DNA of 64,000 nt from Squalus acanthias (Eukaryota), in contig CM059439.1 in assembly GCA_030390025.1 (NCBI GenBank), forward strand, positions 62,496,001-62,560,000, read 5' to 3'. Numbering within the stretch: the stretch's first letter is position 1; every line of letters starts with the position of its first letter. Under the pieces are notes generated by a model. That model saw only the letters and a program-made list of their open reading frames with translations. It had not been told where the DNA came from and ran no database searches. Made by a program: the position numbers and the translations under genes. Positions 13,595 to 26,632 of this stretch are shown piece after piece.

Positions 13595-16500
13595 AAGTTG
13601 TATCAAACCGCTACAAAAGAAGAATAAAACTGGACGAACCACGACCTAGGTGTCGGATTTGGACACGACAAAGGCACACCCAGGCAGTCGACCCTGCAAA
13701 GTCCTCCTCACTAACATCTGGGGACTTGTGCCAATATTGGGAGAGCTGTCCCACAGACTAGTCAAGCAACAATCTGACATAGTCGTACTCACAGAATCAT
13801 ACCTACCAGCTAAAGTCCCAGACTCCTCCATCACCATTCCTGGGTGTATCCTGTCCCACCAGCAGGACTGACCCACCAGAGGTGGTGCCGCAGTGGTATA
13901 CAGTCAAGAGGGAGTGGCCCTGGGAGTCCTCAACATAGGCTCCTGACCTCCTGAAGTCTCGTGGCATCAGGTCAAACATGGGCAAGGAAACCTCCTGCTG
14001 ATTACCACTTACCGCCCTCCCTCAGCTGATGAATCAGTACTCCACCATGTTGAACACCACTTGGAAGGTGCAGAATGTATTCTGTGTGGGGAACTTCAAC
14101 GTCCATCACCAAGAGTGGCTCAGTAAGAACATAAGAATTAGGAACAGGAGACGACCATACGGCCCTTTGAGCCTGCTCCGCCATTCAATAAGATCATGGC
14201 GGATTGGTAGCATCACCACTGACTGAGCTGGCCGAGTATTAAAGGACATAACTCCCATACTGGGCTTGCAGCAGATGGAGAGAACCAACACGAGGGAAAA
14301 ACCTACTTTACCTCTTCCTCACCAATCTACCGGTCACAGAACCATTTGTCCATGACAGTACTGGTAGGAGTTACCGCCACACTGAGGATACCCTCCATTG
14401 TATTGTGTGGCACTACCATCGCGCTAAATGGGATAGATTAAGAACAGATCTAGTAGCTCAAAACTGAGCCATAAGCAGCAGCAGAATTGTATTCCACCAC
14501 AATCTGTAACCTCAAGGCCCAGCATATCCCTCACTCTACCATTACCATCAAGCCAGGAAACCAACCCTGGTTCAATGAGTGTAGAAGAGCATGCCAGGAG
14601 CAGCACCAGGTGTACCTGAAAATAAGGTGCCAACCTGGTGAAACTACAACACAGAACTACATGTATGCTAAACAGCAGAAGCAGCATGCTATAGACAGAA
14701 CTAAGCAATTCCACAATCAATGGATCAGATCAAAGCTCTGCAATCCTGCCACATCCAGTTGTGAATGGTGGTGGTCAATTAAACAACTAACAGAAGGAGG
14801 AGGCTCCATGAACATCCCCATCCTCAATGATGATGGGGCCCATTATGTGAATGCAAAAGACAAGGCTGAAGTGTTCGCAACTATCTTCAGTCAGAAGTGC
14901 CGAGTGGAGGATCCATCTCGGCATCCTCCTGAGGTCTACGCCATCACAGATGCCAGTCTTCAGCCAATTCAATTCACTCCATGTAACATCAAGCAACGGC
15001 TGAGCATACGGGATACAGCAAAGGCTACGGGCCCGACAACATCCTGGCTGTAATGCTGAAGACTTGTGCTCCAAAACTAGCCACACCTCTAGCCAAACTG
15101 CTCCAGTACAGCGACAAAACTGGCATCTACCCGACAAAGTGGAAAATTGCCCAGGTATGTCCTGTCCACAAAAAGCAGGGCAGATCCAATCCAGGCAATT
15201 TCCACCCCACCAGCCTACTCTCAACCTTCAGCAAAGTGATAGAAGGTGTCATCGACAGTGCTATCAAGTGGCACTTACTCACCAATAACTTGCTCACCGG
15301 TGCTCAGTTTGGGTTCTGCCAGGACCATTCAGCTCCAGATCTCATTATAGCCTTGGTGCAAACATGAACAAAAGAGCTGAATTCCAGAGGTGAGGTGAGT
15401 GACTGCCCTTGGCATCAAGGCAACATTTGACCAAGTGTAGCACTAAGGAACCCTAGTAAAACTAAAATCAATGAGGATCAGGGGGAAAACTCCCTGGCTA
15501 GAGTCATACAGAGCACAAAAGGAAGGTGGTTGTGGTTATTGGAGGCAAATCATCTCAACCCTGGGATATTGCTACAGGAGTTCCTTAGAGCAGTGTCCTC
15601 GACCCAACCATCTTCAGCTGCTTCATCTACGACCTTCCTTCTATCATAAGGTCAGAAGGTGGGGGGGGGGTGATGTTCACTGATGATTGCACAGTGTTCA
15701 GTTCCGTTACCAATTTTTCAGATAATGAAGCAGTCTGTGCCAGCATGCAGCAAGACCTGAATAATATCCAGGCTTGGGCTGATAAGTGGCAAGTAACATT
15801 TGTGCCACACAAGTGCCAGGCAATGAGTATCTCCAGCAAGAGAGTCTAGCCACCTCCCATTGACATTCAACGGCATTATCATTCTTGAATCCCCCACCAT
15901 CACTATCCAGGGGTCACCTTTGACCAGAAACTTAACTGGACCAGCCACAAATACTGTGGCTACAAGAGCAGGTCAGAGGCTGGGTATTCTGCAGCGAGTG
16001 ACTCACCTCGGCTTCCAAAGCCTTTCCACCATCTACAAGGCACAAGTCAGGAGTGTGAAGGAATACTCTCCACTTGCCTGGATGAGTGCAGCTCCAACAA
16101 CACTCAAGAAGCTCGACACCATCCAGGACAAAGCAGCCCGCTTGATTGGCACCCCATCCACCACCTTAAACATTCACTCCCTCCACACCATGGCTGCAGT
16201 GTGTACCATCTACAAGATGCACTGCAGCAACTCACCAATGTTTCTTCAACAGCACCTCCTAAACCCACAACCTCTACCACCTAGAACAAGGGCAGCAAGC
16301 GCATGGGAACACCATCACCTGCAAGTTCCCCTCCAAGTCACACACCATCCTGACTTGGAAATATATAGTCGTTCCTTCATCGTCGCTGGGTCAAAATCCT
16401 GGAACTTCCTACCTAACAGCACTGTGGAAATATCTTCACCACATGGACTGCAACGGTTCAAGAAGGCAGCTCACCACCACCTTCTCAAGGGCAAGTGCTA

Positions 16501-17575
16501 AATGGGATAGATTCAGAACAGATCTAGTAGCTCAAAGCTGGGCATCCATGAGGCGCTGTGGGCCATCAGCAGCAGCAGAATTGTATTCCAACACAATCTG
16601 TAACCTCATGGCCTGGCATATCCCTCACTCTACCATTACCATCAAGCTAGGGGGATCAACCCTGGTTCAATAAGGAGTGTAGAAGAGCATGCCAGGAGCA
16701 GCACCAGGCATACATAAAAATGAGGTGCCAACCTGGGGAAGCTGCAACACAGGACTACATGCATGCTAAAAGGCAGAAGCAGCATGCTATAAACAGGGCT
16801 AAGCGATCCCACAATCAACAGATCAGATCAAAGCTCTGCAGTCCTGCCACATCCAGTCGTGAATGGTGGTGGACCATTAAACAACTAACAGGAGGCTCCA
16901 TGAATATCCCCATCCTTAATGATGGTGGAGCCCAGCACATGAGTGCAAAAGACAAGGCTGAAGCGTTTGCAACCATCTTCAGCCAGAAGTGCTGAGTGGA
17001 TGATCCATATCGGTCTCCTCCTGAGGTCCCCACCATCACAGAAGCCAGTCTTCAGCCAATTCGATTCACTCCATGTGACATCAAGAAACGGCTGAGCGCA
17101 CAGGATACAGCAAAGGCTATGGGCCCTGACAACATCCCGACTATCGTGCTGAAGACTTGTGCTCCAGAACTAGCTGCGCCTCTAGCCAAGCTGTTCCAGT
17201 ACAGCTACAACACTGGCATTTATCCGACAATGTGGTAAACTGCCCAGATATGTCCTGTCCACAATAGGAAGAACAAATCCAATCTGGCCAACTACCGCCC
17301 CATCAGTCTACTCTCAATCATCAGCAAAGTGATGGAAGGTGTCATCGACAGTGCTATCAAGCGGCACTTACTCACCAATAACCTGCTCACTGATGCCCAG
17401 TTTGGGTTCTGCCAAGACCACTCAGCTACCGACCTCATTACAGCCTTGGTCCAAACATGGACAAAGGAGCTGAATTCCAGAGGAGAAGCGAGTGACTGCC
17501 CTTGACATCAAGGCAGCATTTGACTGAGTGTGGCATGAAGGAGCCCTAGTAAAACTGAAATCAATGGGAATCGGA
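13595..17575 (+). mobile_element. Non-LTR LINE (APE+RT, CR1/L2/Jockey group, distinct from the vertebrate CR1 family here) followed by a tandem partial second copy from ~16495
   Basis: APE LLTNIWGL..DIVVLTESYL; RT TCAPELAAPLAKLFQ..NYRPISLLS..QFGF..ALDIKAAFD; many stops and frameshifts. Confidence 0.85.
14125..14200 (-). mobile_element. Short CR1 3' tail inserted in the LINE
   Basis: aagaacataagaattagg..gagcctgctccgccattcaataagatcatggc, matching the CR1 tails at 27115 and 56682. Confidence 0.7.
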
Positions 17576-17854
17576 GGAGCGAGATTGTGCGCTAGGGAAG
17601 GGAATCTCACAATTTGAGGGCTCAAAGATTTAAAATGGAGATTCATTTGTCTGCTGACTGTGTCTTGAGGTGAAGAGATTAGTTATTTTGCCCACATAAC
17701 AGCAGTTGCTGCACTGCATAAAGAAATAGATTGTTTCAACGGGAGATGCTACTATACAAAAATGAAACGGTTTTTATTTAAGGTTTCAATTAATTATCAT
17801 TAGCAAACTAAACATAACTTTGAATTATTTCCTTAAATAGAAAAATAGCCCATA

Positions 17855-18112
17855 AGTCATAGAGTCAGAGTAATAATGGCACAGAAGGAGGCAATTCGGC
17901 CCATCGAGTCAGTGCCGGCTCTCTGTAAAGCAATCCAGTCAGTCCCATTCCCCCGCTCTATCCCCGTAGCCCTGCAAGTTTATTTCCCTCACGTGCCTAT
18001 CCAGTCTCCCCTTGAAAACATTGAGTGTCTCCACTTCCACCACTTCCATCGGCAGCGGGTTCCAGGTCATCACCACTCGCTGCGTAAAAAAGTTTTTCCT
18101 CACATCCCCCCT
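17855..18112 (-). mobile_element. CR1 3' tail fragment
   Basis: catagagtc...ccactcgctgcgtaaaaaagttttt, the reverse of a CR1 end. Confidence 0.7.
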
Positions 18113-19907
18113 GTAGATTGCGACATCTTGAAGGAAAAAGAATCCATAGTCACAACAGCAGTGTTTGTATTTACGCTGGGAAGGAATCTAGAGTAAATTC
18201 ACCAAGAAAACATCAAAACTGCCAGTATTCTGTTAAGGCTACTAAGATAGCAGCAACCTGGACTGTAGCTTGGGGCACCTTGCAGATTAAAGCATGCTGG
18301 GAGCTGCAAGGGCAGATTTCCCTGACCCCTGTCTCTCCACACTCGGTCCCATCCCTGCACAGGAGCGCTCTACCTAAAATTTATATGGGCCGGGGGGCAC
18401 CCTGGCACAGGCCCGTTACCTGGCAAGGTCAGAGTTGCCAACTCTGGTTGGGCGTATTCCTGGAGGTTTGATCACATGACATTTGCTGCAGTTTGCAAAT
18501 GTTACTGCATTTACCTTATAAAGGTCGTATCCCCTGCCATCTTCACAGATTTACCCTCCTCCCTTCTTCCACAAATTTACTCTCCATTCAATTTATCAAA
18601 TCCATAATGTTGATAGCAAGCCCAAGCATGGCCATTAAATCATGATCACTCTGTTCTAAAATTATAACAATTTCAGTAACGCACTCATTGTATTTCAACT
18701 GTAACCAAAAGTGCAATTAAAAAACAAACTTGACAAAACCTAAATCACAAGATGTCAGGAACCATGATTTAATGTGACCATGAAAGAAGACTTAATCCTT
18801 CTACATTGCTGGCATTTTTTTTAAATTACAAAGAGCACCACTATATTTGAAATATCTGCAGACTATATTGTGAGTTACAGAAGGTACAGCATCAGCAAAT
18901 GTGCAGTACTAACAAAATGTGAACACAAATCAGGAGGATTTCTTTGGCTTCTGTCACCTCAGAGGGTACAATTTACTGAGGCCTACCACTAGCTGAAGGG
19001 GCATGAAATATAAATTTAGCTACAGGCCTTTCAGCCATGTGTTAGGCCTCCGAGATCAGGGCCTACTGGCTTCTGATGGAGATCAAAAAAAACCTCGATT
19101 GCATCCAAAAGTGCTAGGGGAGGGGAGGAGAAAGTATAAGCCACCACTCACCTGGCTCACTTCAGCCTTCCCCCGGACCCCCGCAGACCCTCTGTTGTGC
19201 GGATTTCCAAGGACAGGGCAATATGCCACATTTCACTGGGTGCCCATGAGTTGGGGGTCCCAGCCATCAATGTCCCACTAAAATGAGGTAGGTGGCTGCC
19301 AACGCCTTCTCCTGCCTCACTTTACAGCCGCCTATGCCCAGCTCCATGCCCCATCCCCTAGAGAAGCACTAGTGAGCCCAGGACAATGCAAAAAGGAGTG
19401 GAGACCTGGCAAAATAGATCTCTGTCCCTTTTCACGATCTGTATGCCCAGGGAATTGGGTGTTCCGCAGGGTAAAAGGTCAGGAAAATCCACCCTGTAGT
19501 CTCCAGCAGCGAGTATTTCTACAAAACTAATACTGTCGCTTGCCTTTGTAACAAGTAAAAGTATGGGGGCGGAAAGAGTTGCGATTTATTTCCTACATTG
19601 CATAGTACTCTAAATATGCTCATTCCAAAATAAACTTTCGGCAATAACGAAGATAAATTGTAGGGCTGAGTTTCCCATTATTGGGCCTAGATGTATTGGA
19701 TCACCTACATTGAGGAAAACTGGGTGGGGAGGATTGCAGGCCTGTAAGAGAACCTGCTTGATTTTTTGCCCATTCATTTAAATGGACCGAAATTGGGTGG
19801 GCTCCGTGTTATCGAAATGCGACCCTTCCTGCTCAGTTTTCCTCCATGTGTTGCGCCAATTCTGCACCTAAATATTTTCAACATTCAAATTCTGCTAAAG
19901 TTAATAA

Positions 19908-19990
19908 TGGGGTTTGGGAGTCAGTGGGTTCGTGTACTGCCTTTCACCTCTAGGACCTGGATTTAAATCCAGTCCAGACTGATGGATGGG
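19908..19990 (+). mobile_element. LF-SINE-like tRNA-derived head fragment
   Basis: gcctttcacctctagg..tggatttaaatccagtccag resembles the LF-SINE 5' region as recalled. Confidence 0.35.
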
Positions 19991-21059
19991 ATGGAAACTA
20001 CCTCTCAGCTACCCCAAGCGCTCAGAGGATTTATCCAGTGAGTAACTGAGTCATACAGACTGCGAAGGTTCCAGGTTGGATCCTATCTCCAACCAGCCAT
20101 TCTAAAACATAAAGCAGAATAATTAGGGTGACGGAGACACTTTAAGTGTACAGGTATTTGCAATCCTGTATATAATACACTCCAGCATGTGTGCGATCCT
20201 GTATGGAACATGCTCCAGTCTGTATACTATGCTGTAATAGACACCAGCTTGTGTGCACACAGGAGTGTGCTACATACAGGATTGCACAGAGGCTGAAGGG
20301 TGGCTAGCAGAGTGAGTTGATCTCCACACTGAACCTTCTCTCTCCAGCACCCAGGGCCACATTAGCACAGGGGCCTACGGGTAGCACAGGGGCCTACGGG
20401 GCCTATGCCAACAGGTCGCGGTTAAATATGGGGTCCCCACTTAAGGCCCCGTGATCACAGCTCACCATCAGTAAACCAGCAATTCCGGCCGGTTGCATGA
20501 ATTGCAAGGCACGGCAGGCAATGACTGGGGCAGAGTTTAGTTTGCAGACTGTGGCGTTGACTGCGCCGTGCGGCCCGCTTGTGGTTCCACATGGCAGGAA
20601 GACGTGGTGGAAGACTTTGAGTAGCCTCTACAGCGTCTCGCAGGGTTGGATATTTAACCTTTTAGGCATTTTTCCACATCTGTGTTTTAATGGATCTCTG
20701 CAGATCTCAGGTGTAAACTCAGACTGCTGCAGTTTGGGCCCCATAGGGCAAAGTTTAGCTGGACCAACAAGAAAAATATATTAAATTGCCAAGAACGAAT
20801 TACCAGGCACTCCTCTCTCATGGAATAAAGTGACAAATAATTTTTAAAATCAAAAGGAAATTAACCAAATTCTTTGATGTACTGTCTGGTGATGTCCCAA
20901 CATCACCACTGAAGGATTCAGCACAGCGGAGGTCAGGTCTCAGAGGTGTCCATGTGAACCACTGAACAAGCTCCAGTGATGGAGGGTGAAAGCTCCCTAA
21001 ATCCAAAGTTAAGGATCTGCCCAGCTCCAAGAGAGCCTCACTCCATTTCAATCTGGAAC

Positions 21060-23070
21060 CAGGTCGGGCTCGGACTTTAGATCTAGACTGCCTTTACATT
21101 AATACATGTTTTAGGCTATTCGTTTATCCTTCAATATCAAAGACAGCCAGACCATCATCTCATGTTTTGCAGTGAGTGCTTTGGTGACTGCCGAGACCTA
21201 GTTTTGCTCGAAACGAGTGTCGGCAGATTGAACAGTAGATCCTGGATACGCCAGGTTGGGAATCTTGATTTTTCAGACAAGAGGAGACTTCCTCAGCTGG
21301 CCTTTACATTCAGCATCAGCAACGCGATGGGGCCTCATTGTAGGAGCTGCCTTCATGGTTGGTTTTTCCCTATGCTTCCTTAACTTGAGCAAGTTGTTCC
21401 CATTTATGGACATCTATTTGGCACTGTTTCCAGAGTCACTTTTAGGATGTCTTTACATCACTTTTGCTGTCCACCACAACAAAATAATCGCTTCCCAGTT
21501 GTCAATGAGCATCTTCAGGATTCATTCCTCAGACATTCGCACCACATGGCCTGACCACCAGAGCCGCACGCTCATGATCAGGGCATCGATGCTTGGCATG
21601 TCACCTTGAAGAACTTCAGTGTTGAAGAGATCGGAAAGTCTCGGTTTGAAGAATGGACTCAGTCGAGAATATTTTGTGGACTTTATGGGATTTTTCTGAG
21701 GGTATTTTCCCTGTGATGGGATCGCCCTGTGCAGATACGTGAAAAACTGGTTTGTTAAAACTCAGAGAACGCACGGCAGTTGGCTGTGACAAAAGAACTG
21801 TCAGTCATCCAGAATGTATGGGTTCGCCCGACAGTCCTGGAAAAAGGAAGGGGGGGGGCCATTGACGAAGGGGCTGAGGACCTGAGGCACCCGTTAACTT
21901 GAACCTATTAGAAAGCCACTCTAATATGCAAAAGCACTTCTCACCTCCATCTCAGAAGAGAAGCAGAACAATGAACCCACTAGCCTAGCCAGCCGAAGAG
22001 GAGCCAGTTTTTCCCAACACAAAGACCGAGATATGTCCCAGACTTCGGGCCATTAGTCCAATCACGGAATACTCATGGGTCTGATGATGGCCCATCACTG
22101 GCTAAGCACTGGAGTGCTTAGAAACAAAAGGATTTTAAAGATTGGCGGGAAAGATAGGGGTAGCAAGACTCCTATAAAGATAGATCCTTTTCCACCATTC
22201 GCTCTCTCGCTCCACCAAGATCGCCCTAACAAGAAGTAGTACCAGAGGAAGAAGCCACTGAGACCGAGAACCACATACCCCTCACAGGGAACGGCCTCCA
22301 GGCAGTGACTTCCCACAGCTGAGCGAAGCGATCGAGACCGACTGTGTGTGGTGGGAAGCATGGTCTCGAGTGTCCCAAGCCGGTAACCAGATACTGTATG
22401 TATGTTGTTTGTAACCTGGATCTTATTCTCCACAGAGACAGTGATTTTGTTTAGTAGTGCATGTTTTAGCCAATGTATGTTAGACCAAATAAATATAAGT
22501 ATGATTTTTCACTGAAGCATTCCTGTCCGTGACTTATTCCATTTACACTCTGAATAATAATTCCCGGGTATAGAACTTTCGTAACTGGGGGAGATTCGAA
22601 CCGTCCGTCTAGCGATTGGGCTAGGACCAAACCCGCTTAGTGTTAGGGATCTTGTCTTGCCATCTGACGTTCAATAGGCATCCCAGGCAGCTTAGGTGAA
22701 AGTGATTCAGTTTCTTAATTTGATGTGAATATGTTGTCCAAGTTACAACAGCAACCCTGCAGACTGAGAGTTTGGTCTGCAGGCTGATGCCTCTCTTGTA
22801 CGAGGTGCTCACGGAGTTTGCCAAAAGCTAAGCTGCCTTTGGTGATTCTGCAGAATGCTTCGGTCTGGATATGGACCTCTCTAGACAGGGTGCTATCCGG
22901 ATAGGTGAATCTGTCCACAGCTTGGAGCGCGCAATCATCTATAGGGACGGTTGGTGGAGATTAATCCTTGCCTGGGGCTGGTTGGAAGAGTACCACCATC
23001 TTTTAAAGGCTGATAGTTGTGCTAAATTGCAGGCAAACTATCGCAAGGTGGTTCATGTCAGGTTGTAAAT
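21060..23070 (-). mobile_element. RTE (BovB-like) LINE remnant split by a solo LTR
   Basis: GISLQTKLSV..TWTTYSHQIKKLNHFHLSCL..LNVRWQDKIPNT, continuing as ..EVL..MPSIDALI..LWWSGHVVRM on the other side of the 21623-22639 insert. Confidence 0.75.
21623..22639 (+). mobile_element. Solo LTR (ERV- or Gypsy-like), 1017 bp
   Basis: Interrupts the RTE precisely with 4-bp TSD GTGT (21619-21622 and 22640-22643). Termini TGAAG...GCTTA (imperfect TG..CA); CCAAT 22058, ATTGG 22141, TATAAA 22173, AATAAA 22488. Confidence 0.72.
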
Positions 23071-23379
23071 GCAGCTGAAAACATGTTTAAATATTTGTCA
23101 TTCCTTATTCTCCCATTTAGACAGCTCTCTGAAATACTCTAACTGTGAAATCCCAGTCTTTTATTCAATTAGCTGGGGCTAGAGGGATCTCATGCGCGTT
23201 AAGGGCTGTACTTTGGTTCCTGTGAGTTTAAGGACTTGGGTGGAATATATCAATTTTGGGACGATCTGGGGAAAGTTATAAATAATATAAAATGTATACA
23301 ATTTGTAACTTTTTTCCTGCCGGCAGGTGCAGCTCTGGGTTTCTGTCTCTTGGCGCCTGTCTCCAACTCAAACCCTTCT

Positions 23380-23870
23380 GTGAAAAGGAGAAGGATGCCC
23401 GGGGGCTCGAAAGCGGAGAGAGGTGCTGGGGCGGGGGTCAAGTCTCCCCGAACCCCCAAGTGCTCTCGCTGCAGGAACCATGGCTTCGATGTCCGGCTAA
23501 AGGGGCACGGGGCGTGCAGCTGGCGGCGCTGCCAGTGCCCCAAGTGCTACTTGATCGCCGAGCGCCAGCGCATCATGGCAGCGCAGAAAGCGCTCCGCAA
23601 ACAGCAGCAGCGGGAGGAGGAGCTGGGGCTGGCCGGCCCCTCGCTCGGGGCAGACGGCAGCAATACCAGCGTCAGCCCGCCTCCTGTCCCGGAGCAGCCT
23701 CCAGCCCCGGCTCCGGCTCCAGCTCCAGCCGCGGCCACCGCCCCCCAGCCCGAGGGAGACGCCTCTGTCTCGGACAGGCGCGGTCCCTCACTGGGCGTGG
23801 AGTCTAGACAGGGCGGCGGGGAGAGGAAGGAGAGTCCCTACACGGTCCATACCTCCGCCCCCTTCGGTAA
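23380..23870. promoter_or_regulatory. CpG island over dmrtb1 exon 1
   Basis: Visibly GC- and CpG-rich compared with the AT-rich flanks. Confidence 0.7.
23395..23866 (+). CDS. dmrtb1: DMRTB1/Dmrt6 coding exon 1 (DM zinc-binding DNA-binding domain plus Pro/Ala-rich linker)
   Basis: ATG at 23395. [36 protein letters not shown] matches the DMRTB1-type DM domain (CYLI.ERQ.IMAAQK). Donor G|gtaaga at 23866/23867, phase 1. The exon is CpG-rich. Confidence 0.93.
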
Positions 23871-24874
23871 GAAAAACCAATACAAATTATAAATCAGTTA
23901 AGATAATTTTTCAACATTTATTTAGACTGCAACTAATAACACAAGTGTTGAGAAGGAATAGTTATTTTATTTGTTTATACCCGAAGTGAACTATTTTAAC
24001 TTTTAAAGTTAATCCTATTATTGAAGCCATCAAAATCGAATTAGACGAACAAATTGTTACAAAGTACATGCAGAAGTGGGTCATATAGTGACCCAAAAAG
24101 GCCCTAGGGATTTTCATGTTTAAATTTTAATAGACTGGTTGGACTTTGAGTGAACACGTTTTTAAATCCCTTTCTTTGAAGTCTGGTACAGCACTTCAAT
24201 TATCCGTCCCTGCTTACTGGAGAGGCTTCGAACCTCCTATACATGAAGGACTCATTGAGGTTTTGCCTTTGAAACACCAGCTGATATAAAGTAAAAGCGT
24301 TTCATTCTCCACATTTCCCGGAGTGTGTTACAGAGCTGGATTTTCATTTCCGAGCAGTAAGAGTTATTTGTAATTGTTGCTAATTACAGCCAGTTCTCCT
24401 TCGTTATTTCGTCTCCCAGTGAGTGATCCTGCAGTAAATGTTCTCGGTACTGAATCTGTTTAATTCCAACTCCTGGCTGCGAGTTTCAGGTGGTTAGTTT
24501 CAACTCTGGGTCTGTTGCCTCTGCACAGTTTGTTCCAGACCGGGTGGTGTTCCCGCTATCTTGTAACAACATTTTTATCGATTTTAATCTGCAAAAAAAA
24601 AACTGTCGCACTTAGAGAGAAGGCTGGAGTTCTGGGGAAAAAAAGGTTGTGAACAAACAAGAAATTGCAATATTTGTGTCCTTTCTCCAAAGTAATATAA
24701 CGGTCAAAAAAGATGATCAACATTGAATACGTATTGGTGTCAGGCAGCACTATATTCTCAAAGTCGCAAATATTAGGGCGCATTGTATATTTATTGAAGG
24801 TTTTGCCTAACACTGGGACATAATGACAACCTTCCCCCCCCCCCCCCCCACACACCCTACCCCACCCCACCCCA

Positions 24875-25360
24875 CTCCGAGCTTCCTTGAAGGTGTGGAT
24901 TCCTTCTTGGTTACGGTGCCATGGGCGCTCTCTGGTGTTTCACCCAAGTGGACATTCTTTAGGTGTGAGCCTGCATCTGTTGCCAGGAACTGCATCTTGA
25001 CGTGGTGGGAAGGCTTACATGCGCCTAGAACTCCTGGTAGGGCCACCCGAGCCGGACAGGTCAAAAGGTAGGAGCCAGGCTAAAAGTAGTCTACAAGTCT
25101 TCTTGATAGGGAGTTGAGTCAGGCTAATAACCTGTCCGGGTAAAAATGCCTTTTTAATCATGGAAACAATGCAGAGACAAGATAAGTTTTTTTTTTAAAA
25201 CAGACTTGCAAATGTAATCATCAACTATGGAAAACCACGACCTGCTGGATGCAAGGCAAGAGGACACTCCGATGGAGACAAATATCTTGCTCTGGACAGA
25301 TAGCAGTAGAATAAATTGGTTACCTCCTATGCCACAAAGAGACTATAACTAACTAACGGC
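24875..25360 (+). mobile_element. RTE-related non-autonomous element (tentative)
   Basis: ccggacaggtcaaaaggtaggagccaggctaa 5'-like motif and a (CTAA)n tail. Confidence 0.35.
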
Positions 25361-25534
25361 ATCTAGCCCTATGACCACTAAGGAAGCTGCTCAGTAACAT
25401 CATGTGCTGAAAGGTGTCATTTCATCCCAAAAATATTCTCCTTCTGCAGCAACCATGGCAATCACATCACAGAACCTCCGTTGTTCTGATGCATATTACA
25501 TTAGTCTAACCAGAAGCCTTTAGGTTTGAGAAAC

Positions 25535-25885
25535 GGAGAAAACAACTTGCATCTATACAGTGCCTTTAATGTAGAAAAAAAAAATCAAGGCGTTTCACAA
25601 AGGTGTAATCAAAAATATGGATGCCGAGCCAAAGAAGTGGTGACCAAAAGTTTGGCCAAAGAGGTGGCTTTTAAGGAGGGTCTTAAAAGGTGGGGAGGAA
25701 GGTGGTGAGGCAGAGGGGTTTAGAGGGAATTCCAGATCATGGGGCCTAGGTGGCTGAAGGCACAGCTGGAAATGGTAGGGAGGAGACCTGCACAAGAGAC
25801 CAGAGTCATATTAACAGAGAGTTTGGGGGGAGCAGAGAGAGGAGGTTAAGAGATAGAGAGGGGGAGGCTATGAAGGGATTTAAGA
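25535..25885 (-). mobile_element. L2 3' tail fragment
   Basis: aacaacttgcatctatacagtgcctttaa...agggaattccagatcatggggcctagg, similar to the 6112 copy. Confidence 0.6.
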
Positions 25886-26357
25886 AGCAACTCGGAGAAG
25901 GAAGGTGGAGCCTTTTATTACAGTGTTAACACTTATTAAGCATTCACACAGTAATGTGCCTGGGATTCCTGGAATCATCTCTTTCTTCACCCCCTCCCCA
26001 TAAGCCTTCACTTGTACCTGGGCACAGCTGCCTTCCAATACCACTGAATTGGCCATTCTTCATGTGTGAACCTAGACAGGAGCTTCAGCAGGCTGTTCAA
26101 CCATCACAGGCAAGCTTGCTCTGGTTTCCTCCGATGTCCATTCATGTGGCTTCCAGCCAGACTCACCGAGAAGGGACGAGGAGCAGGAATCCTGGCTGAT
26201 TTTGCCTCCTATATAGCCAGGGTCACTACGACTGAGATGGCTGTACACTGAGCCATCAGGGCTTCCTGCCTTTTAGTTTTACAGTTTAGTTTATTTGCCT
26301 TGTAATAATTTGTTTGTTTTGGATTGCTTTGTTGAGGGAGCTTTTTTCCACCTTTAG

Positions 26358-26632
26358 ATCATGCTGCTTTATACCAGGAAGTTGCCACCACCAATAAAGA
26401 GCAAGCGGAGAGAAATTCCGTGAGCGGTGGTTTTTACCGGAACATCTTGCCGCCGAAGCTGTATACAGGATATTGCAGCAGTGTGTACAGTTATCACCCC
26501 TTCTCTATGGGCTTTCCAATGAATCAGCCAGGCTACAAGGGAGCTCCTATGCCAGCCGGAATATGCGCCTCAAGAGGCAGCTTCAGACCAGTACAAGGAA
26601 GCCTTGGAGCATTCCATCCAAACCCCATGTTG
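26358..26632 (+). CDS. dmrtb1: DMRTB1 coding exon 2
   Basis: Acceptor ttttttccacctttag|AT and donor TTG|gtaaga; phase 1 in, phase 0 out; frame open. YSYHPFSMGF...GSFRPV resembles the HPYCPFPLGY...GFRHV segment I recall from mammalian DMRTB1. Confidence 0.85.

Noticed and set aside
20360-20410. Short tandem duplications (also 51740-51785)
   Set aside because: Only 2-3 units; ordinary slippage.
23236-23394. N-terminal extension of Dmrt6 in the ORF track
   Set aside because: Begins at a non-ATG codon and crosses an intron-like acceptor; the first in-frame ATG is 23395.
23292-23807. 171-aa overlapping ORF as an independent gene
   Set aside because: Alternative-frame shadow of a GC-rich exon with no recognisable domain; relevant only as a possible upstream ORF.
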